Shown here: positions 27,801 to 42,800 of the stretch, piece after piece
Layout of the letters: each line of letters begins with the position of its first letter
Position numbering within the stretch: the first letter of the stretch is position 1
Source: Eledone cirrhosa
Lineage: Eukaryota
NCBI GenBank assembly: GCA_964016885.1
Contig: OZ024742.1
Location: forward strand, 244,342,001-244,406,000
Length of the DNA: 64,000 nucleotides
Direction of reading: 5' to 3'
The notes under the pieces: generated by a model
The model's input: the letters and a program-made list of their open reading frames with translations, nothing else
Databases searched by the model: none
What the model was told of the DNA's origin: nothing
Translations under genes and position numbers: made by a program

Positions 27801-30800
27801 TCATGCTCTTAATATTCTTGTCACTCTACTCCATTCTCTCCCACATTACTCCCACTCATGCTCTTACTATTCTTGTCACTCTACTTCATTCTCTCCTATA
27901 TTACTCCCACTCATGCTCTTATAATTCTTGTCACTCTACTCCATTCTCTCCTATATTACTCCCACTCATGCTCTTACTATTCTTGTCACTCTACTCCATT
28001 CTCTCCTACATTACTCCCACGCATGCTCTTACTATTCTTGTCACTCTACTCCATTCTCTCCTATATTACTCCCACTCATGCTCTTACTATTCTTGTCAAT
28101 CTACTCCATTCTCTCCTACATTACTCCCACTCATGCTCTTACTATTCTTGTCACTCTACTTCATTCTCTCCTATATTACTCCCACTCATGCTCTTACTAT
28201 TCTTGTCACTCTACTCCATTCTCTCCTATATTACTCCCACTCATGCTCTTACTATTCTTGTCACTCTACTCCATTCTCTCCTATATTACTCCCACTCATG
28301 CTCTTACTATTCTTGTCACTCTACTCCATTCTCTCCTATATTACTCCCACTCATGCTCTTACTATTCTTGTCACTCTACTCCATTCTCTCCTACATTACT
28401 CCCACTCATGCTCTTACTATTCTTGTCACTCTGCTCCATTCTCTCCTATATTACTCCCACTCATGCTCTTACTATTCTTGTCACTCTACTTCATTTTCTC
28501 CTTCATTACTCCCACTCATGCTCTTACTATTCTTGTCACTCTACTTCATTCTCTCCTACATTACTCCCACTCATGCTCTTACTATTCTTGTCACTCTACT
28601 CCATTCTCTCCTATATTACTCCCACTCATGCTCTTACTATTCTTGTCACTCTACTCCATTCTCTCCACATTACTCCCACTCATGCTCTTACTATTCTTGT
28701 CACTCTACTCCATTCTCTCCTACATTACTCCCACTCATGCTCTTACTATTCTTGTCACTCTACTCCATTCTCTCCTACATTACTCCCACTCATGCTCTTA
28801 CTATTCTTGTCACTCTACTTCATTCTCTCCTACATTACTCCCACTCATGCTCTTACTATTCTTGTCACTCTACTCCATTCTCTCCTACATTACTCCCACT
28901 CATGCTCTTACTATTCTTGTCACTCTACTTCATTCTCTCCTACATTACTCCCACTCATGCTCTTACTATTCTTGTCACTCTACTCCATTCTCTCCTATAT
29001 TACTCCCACTCATGCTCTTACTATTCTTGTCACTCTACTCCATTCTCTCCTATATTACTCCCACTCATGCTCTTACTATTCTTGTCACTCTACTCCATTC
29101 TCTCCTACATTACTCCCACTCATGCTCTTACTATTCTTGTCACTCTACTCCATTCTCTCCTACAATACTCCCAGTCATGCTCTTACTATTCTTGTCACTC
29201 TACTCCATTCTCTCCTATATTACTCCCACTCATGCTCTTACTATTCTTGTCACTCTACTCCATTCTCTCCTATATTAATCCCACTCATGCTCTTACTATT
29301 CTTGTCACTCTACTCCATTCTCTCCTACATTACTCCCACTCATGCTCTTACAATTCTTGTCACTCTGCTCCATTCTCTCCTATATTACTCCCACTCATGC
29401 TCTTACTATTCTTGTCACTCTACTCCATTCTCTCCTACATTACTCCCACTCATGCTCTTACTATTCTTGTCACTCTACTCCATTCTCTCCTATATTACTC
29501 CCACTCATGCTCTTACTATTCTTGTCACTCTACTCCATTCTCTCCCACATTACTCCCACTCATGCTCTTACTATTCTTGTCACTCTACTTCATTCTCTCC
29601 TACATTCTCTCCCACTCATGCTCTTACTATTCTTGTCACTCTACTCCATTCTCTCCTACATTACTCCCACTCATGCTCTTACTATTCTTGTCACTCTACT
29701 CCATTCTCTCCCACATTACTCCCACTCATGCTCTTACTATTCTTGTCACTCTACTTCATTCTCTCCTACATTACTCCCACTCATGCTCTTACTATTCTTG
29801 TCACTCTACTTCATTCTCTCCTATATTACTCCCACTCATGCTCTTACTATTCTTGTCACTCTACTCCATTCTCTCCCACATTACTCCCACTCATGCTCTT
29901 ACTATTCTTGTCACTCTACTTCATTCTCTCCTACATTCTCTCCCACTCATGCTCTTACTATTCTTGTCACTCTACTCCATTCTCTCCTACATTACTCCCA
30001 CTCATGCTCTTACTATTCTTGTCACTCTACTCCATTCTCTCCTAGCATTACTCCCACTCATGCTCTTACTATTCTTGTCACTCTACTTCATTCTCTCCTA
30101 CATTACTCCCACTCATGCTCTTACTATTCTTGTCACACTACTTCATTCTCTCCTATATTACTCCCACTCATGCTCTTACTATTCTTGTCACTCTACTCCA
30201 TTCTCTCCTATATTACTCCCACTCATGCTCTTACTATTCTTGTCACTCTACTCCATTCTCTCCTATATTACTCCCACTCATGCTCTTACTATTCTTGTCA
30301 ATCTACTCCATTCTCTCCTACATTACTCCACTCATGCTCTTACTATTCTTGTCACTCTACTTCATTCTCTCCTATATTACTCCCACTCATGCTCTTACTA
30401 TTCTTGTCACTCTACTCCATTCTCTCCTATATTACTCCCACTCATGCTCTTACTATTCTTGTCACTCTACTCCATTCTCTCCTATATTACTCCCACTCAT
30501 GCTCTTACTATTCTTGTCACTCTACTCCATTCTCTCCTATATTACTCCCACTCATGCTCTTACTATTCTTGTCACTCTACTCCATTCTCTCCTACATTAC
30601 TCCCACTCATGCTCTTACTATTCTTGTCACTCTGCTCCATTCTCTCCTATATTACTCCCACTCATGCTCTTACTATTCTTGTCACTCTACTCCATTCTCT
30701 CCTACATTACTCCCACTCATGCTCTTACTATTCTTGTCACTCTACTCCATTCTCTCCTATATTACTCCCACTCATGCTCTTACTATTCTTGTCACTCTAC

Positions 30801-33800
30801 TCCATTCTCTCCCACATTACTCCCACTCATGCTCTTACTATTCTTGTCACTCTACTTCATTCTCTCCTACATTCTCTCCCACTCATGCTCTTACTATTCT
30901 TGTCACTCTACTCCATTCTCTCCTACATTACTCCCACTCATGCTCTTACTATTCTTGTCACTCTACTCCATTCTCTCCCACATTACTCCAACTCATGCTC
31001 TTACTATTCTTGTCACTCTACTTCATTCTCTCCTACATTACTCCCACTCATGCTCTTACTATTCTTGTCACTCTACTTCATTCTCTCCTATATTACTCCC
31101 ACTCATGCTCTTACTATTCTTGTCACTCTACTCCATTCTCTCCCACATTACTCCCACTCATGCTCTTACTATTCTTGTCACTCTACTTCATTCTCTCCTA
31201 CATTCTCTCCCACTCATGCTCTTACTATTCTTGTCACTCTACTCCATTCTCTCCTACATTACTTCCACTCATGCTCTTACTATTCTTGTCACTCTACTCC
31301 ATTCTCTCCTACATTACTCCCACTCATGCTCTTACTATTCTTGTCACTCTACTTCATTCTCTCCTACATTACTCCCACTCATGCTCTTACTATTCTTGTC
31401 ACTCTACTTCATTCTCTCCTACATTACTCCCACTCATGCTCTTACTATTCTTGTCACTCTACTTCATTCTCTCCTATATTACTCCCACTCATGCTCTTAT
31501 AATTCTTGTCACTCTACTCCATTCTCTCCTATATTACTCACACTCATGCTCTTACTATTCTTGTCACTCTACTCCATTCTCTCCTATATTACTCCCACTC
31601 ATGCTCTTACTATTCTTGTCACGCTACTCCATTCTCTCCTATATTACTCCCACTCATGCTCTTACTATTCTTGTCAATCTACTCCATTCTCTCCTACATT
31701 ACTCCCACTCATGCTCTTACTATTCTTGTCACTCTACTTCATTCTCTCCTATATTACTCCCACTCATGCTCTTACTATTCTTGTCACTCTACTCCATTCT
31801 CTCCTTCATTACTCCCACTCATGCTCTTACTATTCTTGTCACTCTACTCCATTCTCTCCTATATTACTCCCACTCATGCTCTTACTATTCTTGTCAATCT
31901 ACTCCATTCTCTCCTACATTACTCCCACTCATGCTCTTACTATTCTTGTCACTCTACTTCATTCTCTCCTATATTACTCCCACTCATGCTCTTACTATTC
32001 TTGTCACTCTACTCCATTCTCTCCTATATTACTCCCACTCATGCTCTTACTATTCTTGTCACTCTACTCCATTCTCTCCTATATTACTCCCACTCATGCT
32101 CTTACTATTCTTGTCACTCTACTCCATTCTCTCCTATATTACTCCCACTCATGCTCTTACTATTCTTGTCACTCTACTCCATTCTCTCCTACATTACTCC
32201 CACTCATGCTCTTACTATTCTTGTCACTCTGCTCCATTCTCTCCTATATTACTCCCACTCATGCTCTTACTATTCTTGTCACTCTACTCCATTCTCTCCT
32301 ACATTACTCCCACTCATGCTCTTACTATTCTTGTCACTCTACTCCATTCTCTCCTATATTACTCCCACTCATGCTCTTACTATTCTTGTCACTCTACTCC
32401 ATTCTCTCCCACATTACTCCCACTCATGCTCTTACTATTCTTGTCACTCTACTTCATTCTCTCCTACATTCTCTCCCACTCATGCTCTTACTATTCTTGT
32501 CACTCTACTCCATTCTCTCCTACATTACTCCCACTCATGCTCTTACTATTCTTGTCACTCTACTCCATTCTCTCCCACATTACTCCCACTCATGCTCTTA
32601 CTATTCTTGTCACTCTACTTCATTCTCTCCTACATTACTCCCACTCATGCTCTTACTATTCTTGTCACTCTACTTCATTCTCTCCTATATTACTCCCACT
32701 CATGCTCTTACTATTCTTGTCACTCTACTCCATTCTCTCCCACATTACTCCCACTCATGCTCTTACTATTCTTGTCACTCTACTTCATTCTCTCCTACAT
32801 TCTCTCCCACTCATGCTCTTACTATTCTTGTCACTCTACTCCATTCTCTCCTACATTACTTCCACTCATGCTCTTACTATTCTTGTCACTCTACTCCATT
32901 CTCTCCTACATTACTCCCACTCATGCTCTTACTATTCTTGTCACTCTACTTCATTCTCTCCTACATTACTCCCACTCATGCTCTTACTATTCTTGTCACT
33001 CTACTTCATTCTCTCCTACATTACTCCCACTCATGCTCTTACTATTCTTGTCACTCTACTTCATTCCCTCCTATATTACTCCCACTCATGCTCTTATAAT
33101 TCTTGTCACTCTACTCCATTCTCTCCGATATTACTCCCACTAATGCTCTTACTATTCTTGTCACTCTACTCCATTCTCTCCTATATTACTCCCACTCATG
33201 CTCTTACTATTCTGGTCACTCTACTCCATTCTCTCCTATATTACTCCCACTCATGCTCTTACTATTCTTGTCAATCTACTCCATTCTCTCCTACATTACT
33301 CCCACTCATGCTCTTACTATTCTTGTCACTCTACTTCATTCTCTCCTATATTGCTCCCACTCATGCTCTTACTATTCTTGTCACTCTACTCCATTCTCTC
33401 CTTCATTACTCCCACTCATGCTCTTACTATTCTTGTCACTCTATTCCATTCTCTCCTACATTACTCCCACTCATGCTCTTACTATTCTTGTCACTCTACT
33501 CCATTCTCTCCTTCATTACTCCCACTCATGCTCTTACTATTCTTGTCACTCTACTCCATTCTCTCCCACATTACTCCCACTCATGCTCTTACTATTCTTG
33601 TCACTCTACTTCATTCTCTCCTACATTACTCCCACTCATGCTCTTACTATTCTTGTCACTCTACTCCATTCTCTCCCACATTACTCCCACTCATGCTCTT
33701 ACTATTCTTGTCACTCTACTTCATTCTCTCCTACATTCTCTCCCACTCATGCTCTTACTATTCTTGTCACTCTACTCCATTCTCTCCTACATTACTCCCA

Positions 33801-36800
33801 CTCATGCTCTTACTATTCTTGTCACTCTACTCCATTCTCTCCCACATTACTCCCACTCATGCTCTTACTATTCTTGTCACTCTACTTCATTTTCTCCTAC
33901 ATTACTCCCACTCATGCTCTTACTATTCTTGTCACTCTACTTCATTCTCTCCTATATTACTCCCACTCATGCTCTTACTATTCTTGTCACTCTACTCCAT
34001 TCTCTCCCACATTACTCCCACTCATGCTCTTACTATTCTTGTCACTCTACTTCATTCTCTCCTACATTCTCTCCCACTCATGCTCTTACTATTCTTGTCA
34101 CTCTACTCCATTCTCTCCTACATTACTCCCACTCATGCTCTTACTATTCTTGTCACTCTACTCCATTCTCTCCTACATTACTCCCACTCATGCTCTTACT
34201 ATTCTTGTCACTCTACTTCATTCTCTCCTACATTACTCCCACTCATGCTCTTACTATTCTTGTCACTCTACTTCATTCTCTCCTACATTACTCCCACTCA
34301 TGCTCTTACTATTCTTGTCACTCTACTTCATTCTCTCCCACATTACTCCCACTCATGCTCTTACTATTCTTGTCACTCTACTTCATTCTCTCCTACATTA
34401 CTCCCACTCATGCTCTTAATATTCTTGTCACTCTACTCCATTCTCTCCCACATTACTCCCACTCATGCTCTTACTATTCTTGTCACTCTACTTCATTCTC
34501 TCCTATATTACTCCCACTCATGCTCTTATAATTCTTGTCACTCTACTCCATTCTCTCCTATATTACTCCCACTCATGCTCTTACTATTCTTGTCACTCTA
34601 CTCCATTCTCTCCTATATTACTCCCACTCATGCTCTTACTATTCTTGTCAATCTACTCCATTCTCTCCTACATTACTCCCACTCATGCTCTTACTATTCT
34701 TGTCACTCTACTTCATTCTCTCCTATATTACTCCCACTCATGCTCTTACTATTCTTGTCACTCTACTCCATTCTCTCCTATATTACTCCCACTCATGCTC
34801 TTACTATTCTTGTCACTCTACTCCATTCTCTCCTATATTACTCCCACTCATGCTCTTACTATTCTTGTCACTCTACTCCATTCTCTCCTATATTGCTCCC
34901 ACTCATGCTCTTACTATTCTTGTCACTCTACTCCATTCTCTCCTACATTACTCCCACTCATGCTCTTACTATTCTTGTCACTCTGCTCCATTCTCTCCTA
35001 TATTACTCCCACTCATGCTCTTACTATTCTTGTCACTCTACTCCATTCTCTCCTACATTACTCACACTCATGCTCTTACTATTCTTGTCACTCTACTCCA
35101 TTCTCTCCTATATTACTCCCACTCATGCTCTTACTATTCTTGTCACTCTACTCCATTCTCTCCCACATTACTCCCACTCATGCTCTTACTATTCTTGTCA
35201 CTCTACTTCATTCTCTCCTACATTCTCTCCCACTCATGCTCTTACTATTCTTGTCACTCTACTCCATTCTCTCCTACATTACTCCCACTCATGCTCTTAC
35301 TATTCTTGTCACTCTACTCCATTCTCTCCCACATTACTCCCACTCATGCTCTTACTATTCTTGTCCCTCTACTTCATTCTCTCCTACATTACTCCCACTC
35401 ATGCTCTTACTATTCTTGTCACTCTACTTCATTCTCTCCTATATTACTCCCACTCATGCTCTTACTATTCTTGTCACACTACTCCATTCTCTCCCACATT
35501 ACTCCCACTCATGCTCTTACTATTCTTGTCACTCTACTTCATTCTCTCCTACATTCTCTCCCACTCATGCTCTTACTATTCTTGTCACTCTACTCCATTC
35601 TCTCCTACATTACTTCCACTCATGCTCTTACTATTCTTGTCACTCTACTCTATTCTCTCCTAGATTACTCCCACTCATGCTCTTACTATTCTTGTCACTC
35701 TACTTCATTCTCTCCTACATTACTCCCACTCATGCTCTTACTATTCTTGTCACTCTACTTCATTCTCTCCTACATTACTCCCACTCATGCTCTTACTATT
35801 CTTGTCACTCTACTACATTCTCTCCTATATTACTCCCACTCATGCTCTTATAATTCTTGTCACTCTACTCCATTCTCTCCTATATTACTCCCACTCATGC
35901 TCTTACTATTCTTGTCACTCTACTCCATTCTCTCCTATATTACTCCCACTCATGCTCTTACTATTCTTGTCAATCTACTCCATTCTCTCCTACATTACTC
36001 CCACTCATGCTCTTACTATTCTTGTCACTCTACTTTATTCTCTCCTATATTACTCCCACTCATGCTCTTACTATTCTTGTCACTCTACTCCATTCTCTCC
36101 TACATTACTCCCACTCATGCTCTGACTATTCTTGTCACTCTACTCTATTCTCTCCTACAATACTCCCACTCATGCTCTCACTATTCTTGTCACTCTACTC
36201 CATTCTCTCCTTCATTACTCCCACTCATGCTCTTACTATTCTTGTCACTCTATTCCATTCTCTCCTACATTACTCCCACTCATGCTCTTACTATTCTTGT
36301 CACTCTACTCCATTCTCTCCTTCATTACTTCCACTCATGCTCTTACTATTCTTGTCACTCTACTCCATTCTCTCCCACATTACTCCCACTCATGCTCTTA
36401 CTATTCTTGTCACTCTACTTCATTCTCTCCTACATTACTCCCACTCATGCTCTTACTATTCTTGTCACTCTACTCCATTCTCTCCTATATTACTCCCACT
36501 CATGCTCTTACTATTCATGTCACTCTACTCCATTCTCTCCTACATTACTCCCACTCATGCTCTTACTATTCTTGTCACTCTACTCTATTCTCTCCTACAA
36601 TACTCCCACTCATGCTCTTAATATTCTTGTCACTCTACTCCATTCTCTCCTTCATTACTCCCACTCATGCTCTTACTATTCTTGTCACTCTACTCCATTC
36701 TCTCCTATATTACTCCCACTCATGCTCTTACTATTCTTGTCACTCCACTTCATTCTCTCCTACATTACTCCCACTCATGCTCTTACTATTCTTGTCACTC

Positions 36801-39800
36801 TACTCCATTCTCTCCTATATTACTCCCACTCATGCTCTTACTATTCTTGTCACTCTACTCCATTCTCTCCCACATTACTCCCACTCATGCTCTTACTATT
36901 CTTGTCACTCTACTCCATTCTCTCCTACATTACTCCCACTCATGCTCTTACTATTCTTGTCACTCTACTCCATTCTCTCCTACATTACTCCCACTCATGC
37001 TCTTACTATTCTTGTCACTCTACTTCATTCTCTCCTACATTACTCCCACTCATGCTCTTACTATTCTTGTCACTCTACTCCATTCTCTCCTACATTACTC
37101 CCACTCATGCTCTTACTATTCTTGTCACTCTACTTCATTCTCTCCTACATTACTCCCACTCATGCTCTTACTATTCTTGTCACTCTACTCCATTCTCTCC
37201 TATATTACTCCCACTCATGTTCTTACTATTCTTGTCACTCTACTCCATTCTCTCCTATATTACTCCCACTCATGCTCTTACTATTCTTGTCACTCTACTC
37301 CATTCTCTCCTACATTACTCCCACTCATGCTCTTACTATTCTTGTCACTCTACTCCATTCTCTCCTACAATACTCCCACTCATGCTCTTACTATTCTTGT
37401 CACTCTACTCCATTCTCTCCTATATTACTCCCACTCATGCTCTTACTATTCTTGTCACTCTACTCCATTCTCTCCTATATTACTCCCACTCATGCTCTTA
37501 CTATTCTTGTCACTCTACTCCATTCTCTCCTATATTACTCCCACTCATGCTCTTACTATTCTTGTCACTCTACTCCATTCTCCCCTACATTACTCCCACT
37601 CATGCTCTTACTATTCTTGTCACTCTGCTCCATTCTCTCCTATATTACTTCCACTCATGCTCTTACTATTCTTGTCACTCTACTCCATTCTCTCCTACAT
37701 TACTCCCACTCATGCTCTTACTATTCTTGTCACTCTACTTCATTCTCTCCTATATTACTCCCACTCATGCTCTTACTATTCTTGTCACTCTACTCCATTC
37801 TCTCCTATATTACTCCCACTCATGCTCTTACTATTCTTGTCACTCTACTTCATTCTCTCCTACATTACTCCCACTCATGCTCTTACTATTCTTGTCACTC
37901 TACTCCATTCTCTCCTACATTACTCCCACTCATGCTCTTACTATTCTTGTCACTCTACTTCATTCTCTCCTACATTACTCCCACTCATGCTCTTACTATT
38001 CTTGTCACTCTACTCCATTCTCTCCTATATTACTCCCACTCATGCTCTTACTATTCTTGTCACTCTACTTCATTCTCTCCTACATTACTCCCACTCATGC
38101 TCTTACTATTCTTGTCACTCTACTCCATTCTCTCCTACATTACTCCCACTCATGCTCTTACTATTCTTGTCACTCTACTTCATTCTCTCCTACATTACTC
38201 CCACTCATGCTCTTACTATTCTTGTCACTCTACTCCATTCTCTCCTATATTACTCCCACTCATGCTCTTACTATTCTTGTCACTCTACTCCATTCTCTCC
38301 TATATTACTCCCACTCATGCTCTTACTATTCTTGTCACTCTACTCCATTCTCTCCTACATTACTCCCACTCATGCTCTTACTATTCTTGTCACTCTACTC
38401 CATTCTCTCCTACAATACTCCCACTCATGCTCTTACTATTCTTGTCACTCTACTCCATTCTCTCCTATATTACTCCCACTCATGCTCTTACTATTCTTGT
38501 CACTCTACTCCATTCTCTCCTATATTACTCCCACTCATGCTCTTACTATTCTTGTCACTCTACTCCATTCTCTCCTATATTACTCCCACTCATGCTCTTA
38601 CTATTCTTGTCACTCTACTCCATTCTCTCCTACATTACTCCCACTCTTGCTCTTACTATTCTTGTCACTCTACTCCATTCTCTCCTATATTACTCCCACT
38701 CATGCTCTTACTATTCTTGTCACTCTACTCCATTCTCTCCCACATTACTCCCACTCATGCTCTTACTATTCTTGTCACTCTACTTCATTCTCTCCTACAT
38801 TCTCTCCCACTCATGCTCTTACTATTCTTGTCACTCTACTCCATTCTCTCCCACATTACTCCCACTCATGCTCTTACTATTCTTGTCACTCTACTTCATT
38901 CTCTCCTACATTACTCCCACTCATGCTCTTACTATTCTTGTCACTCTACTTCATTCTCTCCTATATTACTCCCACTCATGCTCTTACTATTCTTGTCACT
39001 CTACTCCATTCTCTCCCACATTACTCCCACTCATGCTCTTACTATTCTTGTCACTCTACTTCATTCTCTCCTACATTCTCTCCCACTCATGCTCTTACTA
39101 TTCTTGTCACTCTACTCCATTCTCTCCTGCATTACTCCCACTCATGCTCTTACTATTCTTGTCACTCTACTCCATTCTCTCCTACATTACTCCCACTCAT
39201 GCTCTTACTATTCTTGTCACTCTACTTCATTCTCTCCTACATTACTCCCACTCATGCTCTTACTATTCTTGTCACTCTACTTCATTCTCTCCTACATTAC
39301 TCCCACTCATGCTCTTACTATTCTTGTCACTCTACTTCATTCTCTCCCACATTACTCCCACTCATGCTCTTACTATTCTTGTCACTCTACTTCATTCTCT
39401 GCTACATTACTCCCACTCATGCTCTTAATATTCTTGTCACTCTACTCCATTCTCTCCCACATTACTCCCACTCATGCTCTTACTATTCTTGTCACTATAC
39501 TTCATTCTCTCCTATATTACTCCCACTCATGCTCTTATAATTCTTGTCACTCTACTCCATTCTCTCCTATATTACTCCCACTCATGCTCTTACTATTCTT
39601 GTCACTCTACTCCATTCTCTCCTATATTACTCCCACTCATGCTCTTACTATTCTTGTCACTCTACTCCATTCTCTCCTATATTACTCCCACTCATGCTCT
39701 TACTATTCTTGTCAATCTACTCCATTCTCTCCTACATTACTCCCACTCATGCTCTTACTATTCTTGTCACTCTACTTCATTCTCTCCTATATTACTTCCA

Positions 39801-42800
39801 CTCATGCTCTTACTATTCTTGTCACTCTACTCCATTCTCTCCTACATTCTCTCCCACTCATGCTCTTACTATTCTTGTCACTCTACTCCATTCTCTCCTA
39901 CATTACTCCCACTCATGCTCTTACTATTTTTGTCACTCTACTCCATTCTCTCCCACATTACTCCCACTCATGCTCTTACTATTCTTGTCACTCTACTTCA
40001 TTCTCTCCTACATTCTCTCCCACTCATGCTCTTACTATTCTTGTCACTCTACTCTATTCTCTCCCACATTACTCCCACTCATGCTCTTACTATTCTTGTC
40101 ACTCTACTTCATTCTCTCCTACATTACTCCCACTCATGCTCTTACTATTCTTGTCACTCTACTTCATTCTCTCCTATATTACTCCCACTCATGCTCTTAC
40201 TATTCTTGTCACTCTACTCCATTCTCTCCCACATTACTCCCACTCATACTCTTACTATTCTTGTCACTCTACTTCATTCTCTCCTACATTCTCTCCCACT
40301 CATGCTCTTACTATTCTTGTCACTCTACTCCATTCTCTCCCACATTACTCCCACTCATGCTCTTACTATTCTTGTCACTCTACTTCATTCTCTCCTACAT
40401 TACTCCCACTCATGCTCTTACTATTCTTGTCACTCTACTTCATTCTCTCCTATATTACTCCCACTCATGCTCTTACTATTCTTGTCACTCTACTCCATTC
40501 TCTCCCACATTACTCCCACTCATGCTCTTACTATTCTTGTCACTCTACTTCATTCTCTCCTACATTCTCTCCCACTCATGCTCTTACTATTCTTGTCACT
40601 CTACTCCATTCTCTCCTACATTACTCCCACTCATGCTCTTACTATTCTTGTCACTCTACTCCATTCTCTCCTACATTACTCCCACTCATGCTCTTACTAT
40701 TCTTGTCACTCTACTTCATTCTCTCCTACATTACTCCCACTCATGCTCTTACTATTCTTGTCACTCTACTTCATTCTCTCCTACATTACTCCCACTCATG
40801 CTCTTACTATTCTTGTCACTCTACTTCATTCTCTCCCACATTACTCCCACTCATGCTCTTACTATTCTTGTCACTCTACTTCATTCTCTGCTACATTACT
40901 CCCACTCATGCTCTTAATATTCTTGTCACTCTACTCCATTCTCTCCCACATTACTCCCACTCATGCTCTTACTATTCTTGTCACTATACTTCATTCTCTC
41001 CTATATTACTCCCACTCATGCTCTTATAATTCTTGTCACTCTACTCCATTCTCTCCTATATTACTCCCACTCATGCTCTTACTATTCTTGTCACTCTACT
41101 CCATTCTCTCCTATATTACTCCCACTCATGCTCTTACTATTCTTGTCACTCTACTCCATTCTCTCCTATATTACTCCCACTCATGCTCTTACTATTCTTG
41201 TCAATCTACTCCATTCTCTCCTACATTACTCCCACTCATGCTCTTACTATTCTTGTCACTCTACTTCATTCTCTCCTATATTACTTCCACTCATGCTCTT
41301 ACTATTCTTGTCACTCTACTCCATTCTCTCCTACATTCTCTCCCACTCATGCTCTTACTATTCTTGTCACTCTACTCCATTCTCTCCTACATTACTCCCA
41401 CTCATGCTCTTACTATTCTTGTCACTCTACTCCATTCTCTCCCACATTACTCCCACTCATGCTCTTACTATTCTTGTCACTCTACTTCATTCTCTCCTAC
41501 ATTCTCTCCCACTCATGCTCTTACTATTCTTGTCACTCTACTCTATTCTCTCCCACATTACTCCCACTCATGCTCTTACTATTCTTGTCACTCTACTTCA
41601 TTCTCTCCTACATTACTCCCACTCATGCTCTTACTATTCTTGTCACTCTACTTCATTCTCTCCTATATTACTCCCACTCATGCTCTTACTATTCTTGTCA
41701 CTCTACTCCATTCTCTCCCACATTACTCCCACTCATACTCTTACTATTCTTGTCACTCTACTTCATTCTCTCCTACATTCTCTCCCACTCATGCTCTTAC
41801 TATTCTTGTCACTCTACTCCATTCTCTCCTACATTACTCCCACTCATGCTCTTACTATTCTTGTCACTCTACTCCATTCTCTCCTACATTACTCCCACTC
41901 ATGCTCTTACTATTCTTGTCACTCTACTTCATTCTCTCCTACATTACTCCCACTCATACTCTTACTATTCTTGTCACTCTACTTCATTCTCTCCTACATT
42001 ACTCCCACTCATGCTCTTACTATTCTTGTCACTCTACTTCATTCTCTCCCACATTACTCCCACTCATGCTCTTACTATTCTTGTCACTCTACTTCATTCT
42101 CTGCTACATTACTCCCACTCATGCTCTTAATATTCTTGTCACTCTACTCCATTCTCTCCCACATTACTCCCACTCATGCTCTTACTATTCTTGTCACTCT
42201 ACTTCATTCTCTCCTATATTACTCCCACTCATGCTCTTATAATTCTTGTCACTCTACTCCATTCTCTCCTATATTACTCCCACTCATGCTCTTACTATTC
42301 TTGTCACTCTACTCCATTCTCTCCTATATTACTCCCACTCATGCTCTTACTATTCTTGTCACTCTACTCCATTCTCTCCTATATTACTCCCACTCATGCT
42401 CTTACTATTCTTGTCAATCTACTCCATTCTCTCCTACATTACTCCCACTCATGCTCTTACTATTCTTGTCACTCTACTTCATTCTCTCCTATATTACTTC
42501 CACTCATGCTCTTACTATTCTTGTCACTCTACTCCATTCTCTCCTACATTCTCTCCCACTCATGCTCTTACTATTCTTGTCACTCTACTCCATTCTCTCC
42601 TACATTACTCCCACTCATGCTCTTACTATTCTTGTCACTCTACTCCATTCTCTCCCACATTACTCCCACTCATGCTCTTACTATTCTTGTCACTCTACTT
42701 CATTCTCTCCTACATTACTCCCACTCATGCTCTTACTATTCTTGTCACTCTACTTCATTCTCTCCCACATTACTCCCACTCATGCTCTTACTATTCTTGT